Below are positions 1 through 13,749 of a stretch of DNA of 64,000 bases, piece after piece (positions within the stretch are counted from its first letter, which is position 1; each line of letters begins with the position of its first letter). The DNA lies in contig NC_043005.1 of NCBI RefSeq assembly GCF_006345805.1, positions 46,872,001-46,936,000 on the forward strand, read 5' to 3'. The stretch comes from Octopus sinensis. Taxonomy: Eukaryota. The position numbers were made by a program, and so were the translations under genes. The notes under the pieces are model-generated. The model did no database searches and was not told the origin of the DNA. It was given only the letters and a program-made list of their open reading frames with translations.

Positions 1-1259
1 TTATATTTATATATATATGTATGTATATATATATTTATATATATATGTATGTATATATATATATTTATATTTATATATGTATGTATATATATATATTTAT
101 ATTTATGCATGTATGTATATATCTATCTATATAAATATATACATATATACATACATACATACATATATATATATGGAAAAAAAAAACTACAAAATGTAAA
201 AGATAAATGAAGTCTGAAATGTCATCGAAATAGAGAAGAAAAACAATTCCCACAGTAAATTTGATAAAAGAAAATATAGCTCGGGGTCTGAAAACAAATC
301 GATGTTAAGACGGAAGCGGCTACTAAAAGAACATGAATATTTCACAATTTTCCGTTTGCCTGAAAGCAGCTATGAACTATATCCAGTAAATGGCAGTTGA
401 CCTACTATATTAGTTTTTCAATGTTTTCTTTTCCATCTTCTAACCGTTTTTTTTCCTTCTCTCGTGTTGACTAATATTGTAAATGTTCTTGCTATATATA
501 GACTCTAAAAGTGAAACGTTATTATCTTAGACATCTAACTCCATTTACAAGCTCCGTAGCAGCTATAGTTTCAATTTATCTACGATTTTCGACATTAAAT
601 CGCACTAAACTTACAATAATCGTAACATGGATAAAAACGTAGCAAAATTGCTCCCATGGAGATATTTTTTTTGCCTTTTTGACATACGGATCTGTTTCTA
701 AAGAAGATTGTTAACCCAATGAACTTAATTAAGAGGAAGGAGTGCATAGACACAAGTCAACGGCTACAAATCATACAACGTGCGAGTGACATTAAGGAAA
801 GGAGATAATAAAACGAGAATGCAAGACGATGGGACGTGAATGGAGTGTGAGAAACAAAAGGAGAGAAAATTCTGTCAATGGGAGTAAAAAATATAAATGA
901 AAGCAAATCAAAGACGGAGAACTGAAAGAAAACTTAGGGTAAACGATGGTGGTATAAGTTCATGATACTAAAGGTTAAGAAAAACACGGAAGATACAACA
1001 AAATATGCTTTTAGAAGCGTTATTAACACAGTAGAGAGCCAAAAAGAAGGTCAGAATATAAATTCACGAAATGGGTAAAAATGAGGACAGAGAACTTTAA
1101 AGAAAAGGTAAAGAGTAAATAAAGACTTAGATAGAATATGAGAGAAGAAAAGACAGATGAAATCAAAAGTATTTGCCAAACATGATAAATAACACTGTTT
1201 AGTATAATCACGCACACTGATTCACATATGCCTACGGACGAACGAACGTACGTACGTAC

Positions 1260-1352
1260 CTATGTATGTATGTATGTATGTATGTATGTATGTATGTATG
1301 TATGTATGTATGTATGTATGTATGTATGTATGTATGTATGTATGTATGTATG
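1260..1352. repeat. (ATGT)n microsatellite
   Basis: Direct reading. Confidence 0.99.
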
Positions 1353-1496
1353 CGTAGAGCGTTTTGCTAAGGGATTAACGTGCCAGAGACGGTTGAAACA
1401 AGTGTTTTCAACAGATTTCTCGAATAACAGAGCTCATAGGTAAATGGCGTATGAGAATAGTTTTCTTGTAGATATTTATATACGAAAGTAGTACGT

Positions 1497-2335
1497 AGGT
1501 GCATGCATGAATATGTGGTAAGAAGCTTATTTCTCAATCATATGGTTCCGGGTTTAGTTCCACTGTGCGACATTTTGGTTAAGTGTCTTCTACTATGGCC
1601 TCGGGCCGACCAAAGCCTTGTGAGTGTATTTGGTAGACGGACTCTGAGGATAAAGACCGCCGTGCATATATATATATATAATATATATATATATATATAC
1701 TAGCAGTATCGCCCGGCGTTGCTCGGGTTTGTAAGGGAAATAACTATATAAGCATTTTTAGAGATGTAAAGTATAATAGCCATCTCAATATAGCTAACCA
1801 CAAAGGGGGGTGTTACAGTAGCTTTTTACGTTCTGAGATTTAATAATAAATTTTTAGAGAGTTACTTCCCTTATATATGCCAAAAATGCATTAAAAATGG
1901 GAAAAATTGATGGTAAATTGTTTTAAAATCGTAGACTCATCGTCGACGTGCGCTAATACCCAGAAGGGCTCGATATGAATCGCGACTATAAGATACCCGG
2001 TTTTGGTTAAACTGCACCGCAAAATGTGGGAGTAGTTAGGAATCTAAATCGTAGGAGACAGACAGCACACAACCTCACTTTTATATATAAAGATATATAT
2101 ATATATATCCGTGTGTGTGTTGGCCCCCGCCATTGCTTGACAACAAGTGTTGGTGTGTTTACGTCCTCGAAATTTAGGGGTTGAATAAAAGAAACCGATT
2201 GAATAAGAACCACGATTAGAATAAAAATGTATGTATTGGGGTCGATCTGTTCGAGTAAAAATTCTTCAAGTCAGTGTCCCAGCATGGCCACAATCTAATG
2301 ACTGAAGCACGCAAAAAAAAATGAAAAGTAAAAGA
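1497..2335 (+). mobile_element. SINE group B split by the Helitron (halves 1497-1668 and 2110-2335)
   Basis: 5' half tggttccgggtt...gggccgaccaaagccttgtgag; 3' half gcttgacaac...cagcatggcc...gactgaa. Confidence 0.8.
1700..2093 (-). mobile_element. Non-autonomous Helitron (394 bp)
   Basis: Minus strand: A|TCTTTATATATAAAAG ... CCCGAGCAACGCCGGG hairpin, 8 nt, CTAG|T. Confidence 0.85.
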
Positions 2336-2359
2336 TGTGGCCATTAAACTTGAAGAAAG

Positions 2360-3040
2360 AATTCTGTATGATTGAGTATATTTTCATTAACGACTGATAC
2401 AATCAGCTCCAAAATGGTGAAAGGGAATGCCATGAGGCCATAAATGACCTAGGTAGAGGATATACTTCTAAGAGAAGGATGTGTCCCTGAAGTAAGAGTA
2501 AAAGCGAAAGACAGATAAGTCTTTGGCTATTATTCTGAGGTGCATTGTTTGAGAGTAAAGGAAAGGATATTGTCAGGAAGAGCGGACAGCTTTACTTGGT
2601 TGAAACACGGTGAGATACTTTTGCCTTTATTTGTTTGTAAAGAAAGGGTCATTTTTAGAGGAGGTTGACGTAACGTGCGCAGGATGGAGATGGAAGCAAG
2701 TGATTTGCAAAAGTGGAATGGGGTCTTCACTGTCTTATGGGTCCATCACATTTAGACATGTCCGGTAAGTTCACCGTCATCAATTCACTGTTTTTTCTTC
2801 AACAAAATGGTTTTTAACTATTACTTGTAAGCTACTATAGATATATTTTCTCGATAAACTTTCCTCTTGGTGAGCTTTCCTCACGGTGTATTGATGGCGG
2901 TGAACTAACCTGCAGTCTATTTTAAAAGAGGGTGGAGAGAAGATTCTGCAAATTTGGTAGAACCAAAAGGATTAGCTTCAGCTTAGGAGGTGGCAGTTCT
3001 CACCGGACAGATCAGGTTGGTGCAAAGGTAATGGCAGATT
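2360..3040 (-). mobile_element. Heavily decayed Jockey/CR1-group LINE ORF2 fragment
   Basis: SALPDNILSFTLKQCTSE (PD.I...LK.C..E), TLTSGTHPS and ILELIV motifs in the expected order. Confidence 0.5.
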
Positions 3041-3213
3041 TTATACTCTCTATTAAAAATGAAAAAGCCCATGATTAACACAATATTTATTCGTTAACAT
3101 TAATATTCGTTGCTTTCTAGGACTTCATTCCATCTGTCAACAAGCTTATAAATGCCACGCTTGTAAAACATTATCGAACAGATTTTGTGATATCTATTTA
3201 ACATAGGAGATAC

Positions 3214-3653
3214 AGGTAAGGCGTGAGATCATGATAGGAATAGCCTCTTCTTGGAGCCTGTCAGAATTTTTGGCTATATTAAAATGAATGTCGTTACACT
3301 TTAAATGGAGATCGTCTGAAGGATTTTGCATTGCTTTCAGTAAGGAATAAGAGTGACATCATGATTATAAGGTAAGGCGTGAGATCATGATAAGGATAGC
3401 CCCTTCCAGGAGTCTGGTCTGTATTAAAATGGATGTTACTACACTTTAAATAGATATCGTCTGAAGGCTTTTGAATTGTTTTCAGCAAGAGATATGCATG
3501 AGATAATGATAATAAGGTAAGGCGAGGTCATGATAAGGACAGCCCATTCTAGGAGCCTGGTCTGAATGTTGGCTGTATTAAAATGGATGTCATTACACTT
3601 GAAATGCAGATCATCTGAAGACTGGCTTTTGTCTTGATTTTAGCAAGGAATAG
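3214..3653. repeat. Three diverged tandem units of about 145-156 bp
   Basis: aggtaaggcg..gatcatgata starts at 3214, 3370 and 3515; shared tattaaaatg.atgt..tacactt.aaat..agat..tctgaag. Confidence 0.9.
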
Positions 3654-3741
3654 TTTAAAAGTATGAAATATGTTATTGTGCAATCTAGTGACCACGATCG
3701 ATTGTAAATAACAGTGTCTTTTATTATTATTTTTTACTTCT

Positions 3742-4212
3742 GTCATAAAACTGTAGCCAAGCTGGAACACCGTATTGAAGAATTGTAGTCTAACAAATCG
3801 CCCCCAGTACTTATTATTATTTTATTTTATAAGACTGGTACTTATTCTATCGGTGCTTTTTGCCTAACCGCTAGGTTACGGGGACGTAAATACACCAAAA
3901 TCGCTTGATAATCGGTGGTGGGAGACAGACATAAAGACACACATACTCATAAAGATACACACTCGCATACAGGCACACACATACGGACACACACACACAC
4001 ACACACACACATACGCACATACACACACACACACATGCACCCGTATATATTCGGCGGGCTTCTTTCATTTTCCGTCTACCAAATCCATTCACGATGCTTT
4101 GGTCGGCTCAAGGCATTATCAGTAGATACTTGTTCAAGGTGGCTACGCAGTGGGACTGAAACCGGAACCATGAGGTTTGGGAAGCAAACATTTTACCACA
4201 CAGCCATACCTC
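3742..4212 (-). mobile_element. SINE group B (tRNA-like head, internal microsatellite)
   Basis: Reverse complement of ggctgtgtggtaa...ggttccggtttcagtcccactgcg...gaaagaagccc. Confidence 0.85.
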
Positions 4213-5764
4213 TGGCTAGTGCACTACGAGATCCAATGCCGAAATGACGTGATCCAATAAACGAAAAAGGATGTTCACGATGACAGTATCAAGATATTCG
4301 AGATAACACAATTTGTTTAGTTTTGGTTCTATTGTTAATCTACTAGAAACTTTTCTCGAAAGTTTAAAGCTGGAACATGTCTTGTTATACATACATTTTG
4401 TTTCCTACCTTGTCAAGATGCCTGGAAGCTTATAAGAAATTAGGCAACACGTTTTCACTCCTTCATCTATTTAAGCCACTTTTATTGGAGAGAATTGTAG
4501 AAAAAAAATTCCCCCTAATGCTTTTGAAGTAATTTCTGAAGATTTGGAAGAAAGTCTGTGGGAAAAGCTTCTGTAATTCTGTGAGCTTTTAAAATCCAAT
4601 CTTGTTCTGTTTGTACTGGCACAAAACTAAATTCAGTTTTATTACATGCTTCTAGCAACAAGTGAAAATACTGTTTTCGGAATTTCGAAATAATCGAAAA
4701 TATTTCTTTTTCTCTAATGGTTACAGAATGCAGTGGGAAGTGGTCGCTAACTAAGCTAATAAAAAAAATAAAATAAATAAAATAAAAAAGAAAGTAAGAG
4801 AAAAGGGCATATTACAAATAAAAGTAGATTGAACGTAATGTCTCCGAAGAACGTTAACCATCAACTTAGTAAGAAATTGACATTTATAATATCATTAATA
4901 AATTTAATCATACCAATCGTTAAAAATATATTTTGTCCTCGAGAGGTTCAATTTGAATTAATGTCTCAGCTGAAAGTTTTCATGTTAATTACTGGGAATA
5001 TATACTTTGAGAATATTTTTCTTTTATTTCAGTTATTACAGCAAAGTATAGACTCTACCTCTTTTACTAATGCCATTTGCCAAAGTAATTCGAAAAGCTA
5101 AATATTCTCCATTAAAACACGAAATGAACTTAAATGTTATTTCATTGGGGACACTTTTAAACGAACGTTGCAGGACCCGAATTATGTATGTATGTATGTA
5201 TGCGTGAGCGAGGGGTGGGTGTGTGTTGCGCGCACGCGTGTGCGGGTGTATGTGTGTACAGTTGTGTATATACATATCTATATGACGGTATAAACGGGGT
5301 TTTTAAGTTGGCTCAGGGTCTCGTTTGATCGGCGCTTTAGTCGACTGTAAATGTCAAGTCACATTAGCAGTACAAATCGTCACTGGTTATATACCACATA
5401 TCAGAGAGTCATCTTTGAAATTCCTCAGAAAGAATTTGAACCTGCGACAGCAGATCGAAATCTATTCATCTTGAGTGTGAGTTTCGGTTGCGAACTGAAA
5501 AGAAGCAAAAAAAACAACTCGTAAAGATTTGAGAGTTCAAAACCTGTTTTTATGTTTTTAGACTAGTATGTCATGCAAACATTCCACCTTTGTAGCTAGA
5601 TATTAGAGCAAAGATTGTATCTGGGAAGATTAATCACAAGTATGACAGTAACAATAAACACATAGTACTTTTGAACGCACTGCTTCAGTACTATTTTTAG
5701 TATGAAGAAAGTAAAAAATATATGGTTTGAAATTGTGGTTCGCGAATAGCAAATTTTAGAGGTA

Positions 5765-6090
5765 GTTGTAAGTTGATTACATAATCTCAGGGTTCAAATG
5801 ATACTTATTTAATCTACCCCGAAAGGATGAAAGGCAGAAACGACCCCTGTGATATTTGAACTCAGAACGTACAGACGGACAAAATGCCGCTAAGCATTTG
5901 TTTGGTGTGCTAACACTTTTGCTAGCTCACAGTCTTCAAAATCCCCAAAACACGAAAAGTTGTGTAGCCAATATATTTATTATACAGAAGGCGGCGTGCT
6001 GGCAGAAACGTTAGCACGCCGGGCGAAATCCGTAGCCGTATTTCGTCTGCAATTACGTTCTGAGTTCAAATTCCGCTTTCTTTGCTTTTC
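5765..6090. mobile_element. SINE group A: minus copy 5765-5935 and plus 5' fragment 5990-6090
   Basis: ggcggcg.gctggcagaaacgttagcacgccgggcgaaat head; ccccgaaaggatgaaaggc core. Confidence 0.75.
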
Positions 6091-6294
6091 CTCACTGGTA
6101 ATCTATATCTGTATATTTCTCTCTCAATCTATCTATCTATCTATCTGTCTGTCTATGTATCTATGTCCCTCTCTCTGCATATATATATACCTAACAGTGA
6201 GCAAGGTAGCATTATGCTGGTGCTTCTTTATATTTTCAGTTGATCTATGAATTGAAAAATTGAACTACGAACACATCTAAATACATTTCTGAAA

Positions 6295-6442
6295 CAGCTT
6301 CGCAACCACATGGTTCCGGGTTCCTTCCACAGTGTGGCATCTTGGGCAAGAGTCTCCTACTATAACCGCAGGCCGACCAAATTTTTATGAGTGGATTTGG
6401 TAGGGGGAAGCTTAAAGAATCCTGTTGTGTGTGTATATATAT

Positions 6443-6476
<34 letters not shown>

Positions 6477-6722
6477 ATATATATGCGTATATATCTATGT
6501 GTGTGACTTTGTGTTGGTCTTTTTCCTCATCACCGCTTGACAACCGGTGTTGGTGTATTAAAAGCTCCGTAAACTAGCGGTTCAGCAAAAGATACTGCTG
6601 GAATAAGTACTAAGTTCAAAAAATAAGTCCAGGGGTTGGTTTATTTGACTAAAAACCCCTCAATGTGGTGCTCCATCATGGCCGAGTCAAATGACCGAAA
6701 CAAGTAAAAGAATTAAAGGACA
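6295..6722 (+). mobile_element. SINE group B
   Basis: Same modules as the other copies, with an internal (TA)n. Confidence 0.8.
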
Positions 6723-6738
6723 TATGTGTGTATGTATG

Positions 6739-6792
<54 letters not shown>

Positions 6793-7060
6793 TATACATA
6801 TATATATATATCGAGAAGGAAAGAGAGACAGAGACAGAGAGAAAGTCACTTAAATACATACATGCATACATACATACATAATACATACATACATACATAC
6901 ATACATAGATACATACATACATGGTTATACATACATACATACATACATACATACATACATACATACATACATACATGGTTATACATACATACATATACAT
7001 ACATACATACATACATACATACATACATACATACATAAGTAGGCAGGTAGGTAGATAGAT
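6723..7060. repeat. Compound (TA)n/(GA)n/(TACA)n microsatellite
   Basis: Direct reading. Confidence 0.97.
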
Positions 7061-7518
7061 GTATATCGGGAATGCAATAGAAATCTCGGACAGATATCGA
7101 GGAGACTAACTCAATTACACACTGAATACTTATCTATATATGCAGAGTCAATATTTATTTTATTATCTATGTGTTTGAATATACGTGAATGCATTTGTTT
7201 GTGTGTATCCTAAAGAAGAGATAACGACAAAAAGCTTCATTCGAACAGCCGTAGCCTCAGTACATCTTCATAATTTCACACACATCTATACAGACATACA
7301 CGCATCACATGCATTTATCTCTCTTTATACATAGTGGCACACGCAAATATAGATATAAATATACATATGCAATCATGCAAACATGTATTGGTAGGCTTTA
7401 ATACATTTATGTATGCACACATGTCCAGGAATGTGTTTATACGTACACATACACAGACACGCGCACATACACACACGCATGCGCACACACAGATACACAC
7501 ACTAACGTATACCTATCT

Positions 7519-7550
<32 letters not shown>

Positions 7551-8534
7551 ATATCTATAACTATAACTATAACTATATATATATATATACACATTTATAT
7601 GCATAAATGTATTTATATATACACATTTATATACTTACATATATGCATATATATATATATATATATATACGCATATATATATACATATATATATAAATGC
7701 ATAATATATACATATTATATATGTATATATATACCTACATACGTGAATAAACACACATACACCCACGCGCGCATACAGATATACAAACGTACAAGTACAC
7801 ACACGCACACGCGCACACACACACACACACATATACTTGCGTGTTTCTGTTTGTCTGTCTCTGTTCTCATTTTCATGCTTATAACATATTTTACAAAGAC
7901 TATTGACATGTTACTGTATTTATTAAAGGGTGAAGATGATAAATCGTGTACTGATGAATTAATTGTATGTAAGGTGGACAGAAAAGATAGAGAATTATTT
8001 TATACATCATTCATCTGTTGAAACATATATTTCTTAGCATGTCACTGAAAATGGAGAGCAGTGCCATGGAATATAACATTGGCAGTTTACCCAGTACACA
8101 TCTGACTGGCATGATAAATGACTTCAATAGAATAATTAAGCAAAAAAATGGAGCGTTACAAAATACTTCTCAAATATCTTCGCCCGTCCATTTACTGATG
8201 AGCGCATGCCATATGTGTTGAATTCCAAGGTGTCGTGTGCAGCGAGAAATAACATGAGTATTAGCGATGTGTATGCGATTAAAAAACAAGAAGTTTTATG
8301 CAAATATTATGCGGCTAAGCCAAAAACAATACAAAATGATAATGTTGGAACGTATATTGATGACAAGGAATATCCATAGTTTTTGATGAATTGCTTACCA
8401 AGTTCCGTTTCAAATGAGAGATAACATACACTGTTTTAAATGCAGCGAATAATTGTGATCTGTTTATTAGCTTTCTACCGACAAAGAGAACAAAATAAAG
8501 CAACTTCTGATTCTCGTTGCGGAATCTTTTGCCT

Positions 8535-8934
8535 TTATCTTTAACTCGTTTCGGTCATTTGACTGCGGCCATGCTGGGGCACCGCTTTGAAGAACTTTTG
8601 TTTAGTTGAATTAATTTTTTTTAGTTGAAGGAATTTTTAAAGTTTGGTACTTATTCTATCGGTCTTTCACGCTGAACCGCTACGTTACAGGGACGTAAAA
8701 ATACCAAAAAACGATAGTCGAGCAATGGTTGAGGACATAGACATAAACGCGCGCACACATACACATATACGGCCAGCTTCTTTCAGTTTTCATCTGCCAA
8801 ATTTATTCACAAGTCATTCGTTCGGCTCGAGACTATAGTTGAAGACCCTTACTCAAAGTTACACGCAGTGGGACTGAAACCGGAACCATATAGCCTGGAA
8901 GCAAACTTCGTACCACACAGCCATGCCTGCGCCT
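8535..8934 (-). mobile_element. SINE group B
   Basis: Head cacagccatgcctgcgcc at 8917-8934; 3' module present. Confidence 0.85.
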
Positions 8935-9542
8935 GGGGAAGATTTTCCTTTCCTCTTCTTTTTTTGTTACTGGTTCTTTCAAGTTTCAAATCCTCTCTGA
9001 TGCAGTAGGCCCAGGATCGGACATATAAATTGGTGCAAATCACCACATTCTACACCAGGCAGTGTATTTCGAAGGGTAGTATAACTCAATTTGATCCTTG
9101 CATTTTAAATCAGATTTCATTGGAAATTAGCTGCTATTTCTAGTTGGTCAAAACGTGTAGGAGATGCCTAATTGATTCACGCATAGAAATCTGCAACCAT
9201 TGGCATTTTCAAGAAGTTCTAAAATATTACAAAATTGCTTCAGGTAAGGAATGCAAATCTAAAATTAAACTCAATCCTTATCATTAAGGTAAAGTCAATT
9301 ACATTGTAATTAGAAATAAAATCATTGATTAGGCCAAATCCACTGGAATCAGATGACGCAGGTAGATTATAAATTATGAAGAACTAAATATGAACCTAAC
9401 ATGATATAAAAACATACTGAAAGTGGCCGAAAGTCTGCTAGATCAGATTATATACCAGATGAAACATTAAGCTCTGCTATTATGAGATAAAGTAAATTAT
9501 TATTATAATTGTTATTATCATTATTATTGTTATCATTATTAA

Positions 9543-9965
9543 GGCGGAGAGCTGGCAGAATCGTTACCACACCGGGCGAAATACTTAGCGGTATCCGTCT
9601 GTCGCTACGTTGTGAGTTCAAATTCCACCAAGGTCGACTTTACCTTTCATCCTTTCGGAGTCGATAAATTAAGTACCAGTGAAATACTGAGGTCGATGTA
9701 ATCGACTAATCCCCTCCCCCAAAACTGCTGCTCTTGTGGCAAAATTTGAAATTATTATCATTATTATTATTCAGGCGGCGACTGGCAGGATCGTTAGCAT
9801 ACCGGGCGAAATGTTTAGCGGCATTTTGTCTGCTGCTATGTTTGTTCTGAGTTCAAATTCTACCGAGGTCGACTTTGCCTTTCATCCTTTCGGAGTCAAT
9901 AAATTAAGTGCTAGTGAAACACTGGGGTCGATGTAATCGACTAGTCCCCTCCCACAAAATTTTAA
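9543..9965 (+). mobile_element. Two head-to-tail SINE group A copies (starting 9543 and 9774)
   Basis: Head plus gtcgacttt.cctttcatcctttcggagtc core in each, separated by (ATT)n. Confidence 0.9.
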
Positions 9966-10881
9966 GTACTTATCGGTATTATGAGAGTAGATAGATACAG
10001 AAGGGATAGGTGCGTAGGTGAGTTTACACATATATAAACAGATATGGAGATAGAAAGATATTTAAAGATATGCAAACAGCTATGTTGCTGAAATGAAATG
10101 AAAAGAAGTGGAAATAATCTCGATTGATAAATAACTTTGAGGCTTGGTGGCGTTGGACAATAATGTATGTAGTATTTTGTTTTGATACATATGAATAAAT
10201 TTTATAACTTCAATTAATTTTTTATTTCCTTAAACAACAAAGCACATCATCTATGTTGAACGTATCAAAAGATGGAAGATATGCAATACTTTCTAAGTCA
10301 ATTTCAGTTATATCTGAAGTACAGTTTTGATGAAAAGGCACGATTTCAAAAGTACTAGGTCGATTCGTTCCACTACAAATTCTTCCATGACGGACACAAG
10401 TTAAAGAATAAAAGAAAAATTTACTTCATAACCACTCATTGTCATACAAAAGCTTGTACCCTATAGTAAACCCTGCTACTGAAATTTGATGTTAAATTGA
10501 AGAGTTCCTATAATGTATTGTGTTGTAATATGAATAAAATCAAAACGGGTTTCTTAGACGATCATAGAAATTAAAATGAGAGAAAGAATGAGACAATATG
10601 ATATTCATTACCTTTGGCGAAAGTAACTTGGGTGCAGCGTGGCCGAATGGTCAATATCACTTTTTTTTTTCGGGAAGTCTAGGTTCGATATCATTGCGTA
10701 GCATCTTGGGAAAATTGGTCACCTTCGCCTTTACCATAAACTCGTGTTGATGTAAGCCTTGTGAATAAAAGTGATTTAACGGAAAATGTATGAAAGCCCA
10801 CTGGATATAGGTTTTTTGAGTATATCTACCGTGATCTAAAACCTGATAACCTATCTTTTATGATACTGATTTCAAAATTAT

Positions 10882-11080
10882 GGCGCAGAGCTAGCAATTC
10901 TGTGGGAAAGATTAAGTCGATTACATCGACCCTAGTGTTTAACTGATACGTTTTTGATTGACCCCGAAAAGCTGAAAGTGATAGTTGACCCTGACGGAAT
11001 TTGAACTCAGAACGTAAAGTCGGACGAAATGCAACAAAACATTTTGCCCAGCGCGGTAACGATTCTGCCAGTTCGCCGCC
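10882..11080 (-). mobile_element. SINE group A
   Basis: gattctgccagttcgccgcc head end. Confidence 0.85.
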
Positions 11081-13111
11081 CTGCTCTGTTTTAAGGTATT
11101 AATTTCTGAAATGAGGTAGATTTGTCTCAAATAGTGATAGTTCAAGAATATTTATATTTACAGATCACAATGAATATTTTCCTTCATATGTTTTTTGTTG
11201 ATGTTGTGTTTGTTGTTCTTGTAGTTGTACTTGCAAAATAATCCAGCTATAACCTCATGGTCTTTGTTTTTCAGTAACTGTATATTATCATGTTATACAA
11301 TGAATCTTGTGCGGTATATCATTTCTATTTCTAGCAGATCGCATAACCCTGTGGAAGCTCTCTTTACGGTGCATACAGTAGCTTCTCTCGTTTGATATTG
11401 GTATAAGTAGAATGAACTAAGATTCATTTTCAGAGGAGTATTTAATAAAATTGTTTGTTAGTATAAATGAATGTATATTATGTTGTAGCGATGTAGCGTG
11501 TTAGAAATTAGGAGGAAAAAAATTGATTTTTGAGTATTGTATAAAGTCAAAAGAAGGTCGTTGATGTCAAGCTGAGAGATCTATAAGGAAAAAGAAAAGG
11601 GGAAAAAATGAAGATCGAAAATCTGATTTATAGAAATCAGTGTTTATAACTAACACATGATCACTTCGTTAGCAGATATTGAAACTTAGACAAAATATAT
11701 CATTATCTGAAAAGATTATATATACATGGCTATCAGTGGGAAATATCTTTAGAAAATAGCAGTGTGAAAAATTTTATTGCAAGAACCATTGTTTATGCAA
11801 CATATCTTTTTTCATTGTGCTTCAGCCATTTATGTTGATATTTGCACAGATAATATAAACCTAACTGTCACTGTATTAGTTTTATAGACGTACCTCCGGT
11901 GTTTTCTGCTTACAAAGTAAATATAATGAATCGATATTGTAAAGAGACACTTTCACATTCGGTTGCTGTATACAGATAAATAGCTTACTAAATAAACACA
12001 TATGATGTATCTATCTTTAGAATATACATTTTAAATAGCTTTTAGAATGCATATGTTTCTGTACATTGTGAGAGATCTTTATAAAAATATGTAATATATT
12101 TAGGAAAATAAGAATTTTGCATACAAAACAACGTTGATTCTACTGACGGCTTACTATAATTTTGATCGTATATCTGTGAATCTATATATTATCTGTCTAT
12201 GTTTGTATGTATGAGTGAATATTTCTATGCATATATGTTTGCATACGTGCTTGCATGTGTGTATATACACACATATCTCTTTGTGTGCATGTATGTAAGT
12301 ACATGTGTGTGTATGTGTGTGTGTACTAGTGAGTGTGTGATTCTATCTAACGGTAGATTGAGCTATCGATCTATTGATCAGTTTATCACATTATTTTGTA
12401 CATGTACACTAGTATATAGCAATGCTTCAGGTTTCTTGACTAACTATGTGCAACGATAGATGGAGTCAGAACTGTACACATCTAACGATCTAAGTATACG
12501 TACCATTGTTATCTGAATAAAGCTTGACTGTAAGGTAGCTGTATTACTATTATTTCTACGGTCGTAAATGAGTACATACATAAATATACTTTGAAAAAGT
12601 TGTAGACGCTTATTCACTATATGATGGCGGAAAGAGTGTCGATTTTTTCAGATAACAGCTTTGCACTGATTACACCATAAACTAGCAAATTTGTTAGTTG
12701 AAGGCACTCTTTCCTTTATGTTATTGTTGTGGTGGTTCCGCTCCCGGTAAACCACGATTGCGCAAACCTATGATGAAAGGCGTTGCAACCATAACTAAAT
12801 TTCTTGTTAAACATCAGGCGCTATTTTATCCAATGTGATCTTTATTTTTAAGACTGTAGAGTGGGATTTAAGAGAGATTTGATTACAGTTCCTAGCCAGT
12901 CTACTTTTATGTTGATGGTTATCTCATTCTTTATGATATACATTTATAAAGCGTGAGATTACCGCTTATAGTGATACAGTTGTAGTACTTAACAACATGG
13001 TTAAATACTGACACGGTATCAGTGATCAAATAACATCGATGATATTCAGTTCAGTATATCACATTTTGTTTTCCTCATCAAGGAAAGTTGATGTGAATAT
13101 GCCATGCTCTA

Positions 13112-13745
13112 TTTGTACTCTTTTACTTGTTTCAGTCATTTGACTGCGGCCATGCTGGAGCACCGCCGTTAGTCGAGCAAATCGGCCCCAGGACTTATTC
13201 TTTGTAAACCTAGTATTTATTCTATCGGTCTCTTTTTCCGAACTGCTAAGCTACGGGGACGTAAACACACCAGCATCGGTTGTCAAGCGATGTTGGGGGG
13301 GGGGGGAAGGACAAACGCAGACACACAAACATGCACACATATATCTCTCTTTTTACTCTCTTTTACTTGTTTCAGTCATTTGACTGTGGCCATACTGGAG
13401 CACCGCCTTTAGTCGAGCAAGTCGACCTCAGGACTTATTCTTTGTAAATCTAGTACTTATTCTATTGGTCTCTTTTGCCGAACCGCTAAGTTACGGGGAC
13501 ATAAACACACCATCGGTTGTCAAGTGATGTTGGGGGGACAAACACAGACACACAAATATATACACACACATACATATACATATACATATATACGACGAGC
13601 TTCTTTCAGTTTCCGTCTACCAAATCCACTCACAAGGCTTTGGTCGGCGCGAGACTATAGTAGAAGAGACTTGCCCAAGGTGGCACGCAGTGGGACTGAA
13701 CCAGGAGCCATGTGGTTGGTAAGCAAGCTACTTATCACACAGCCG
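13112..13745 (-). mobile_element. SINE group B with tandemly duplicated 3' module
   Basis: tactcttttacttgtttcagtcatttgactg module at about 13114 and 13356. Confidence 0.9.
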
Positions 13746-13749
13746 GTTA

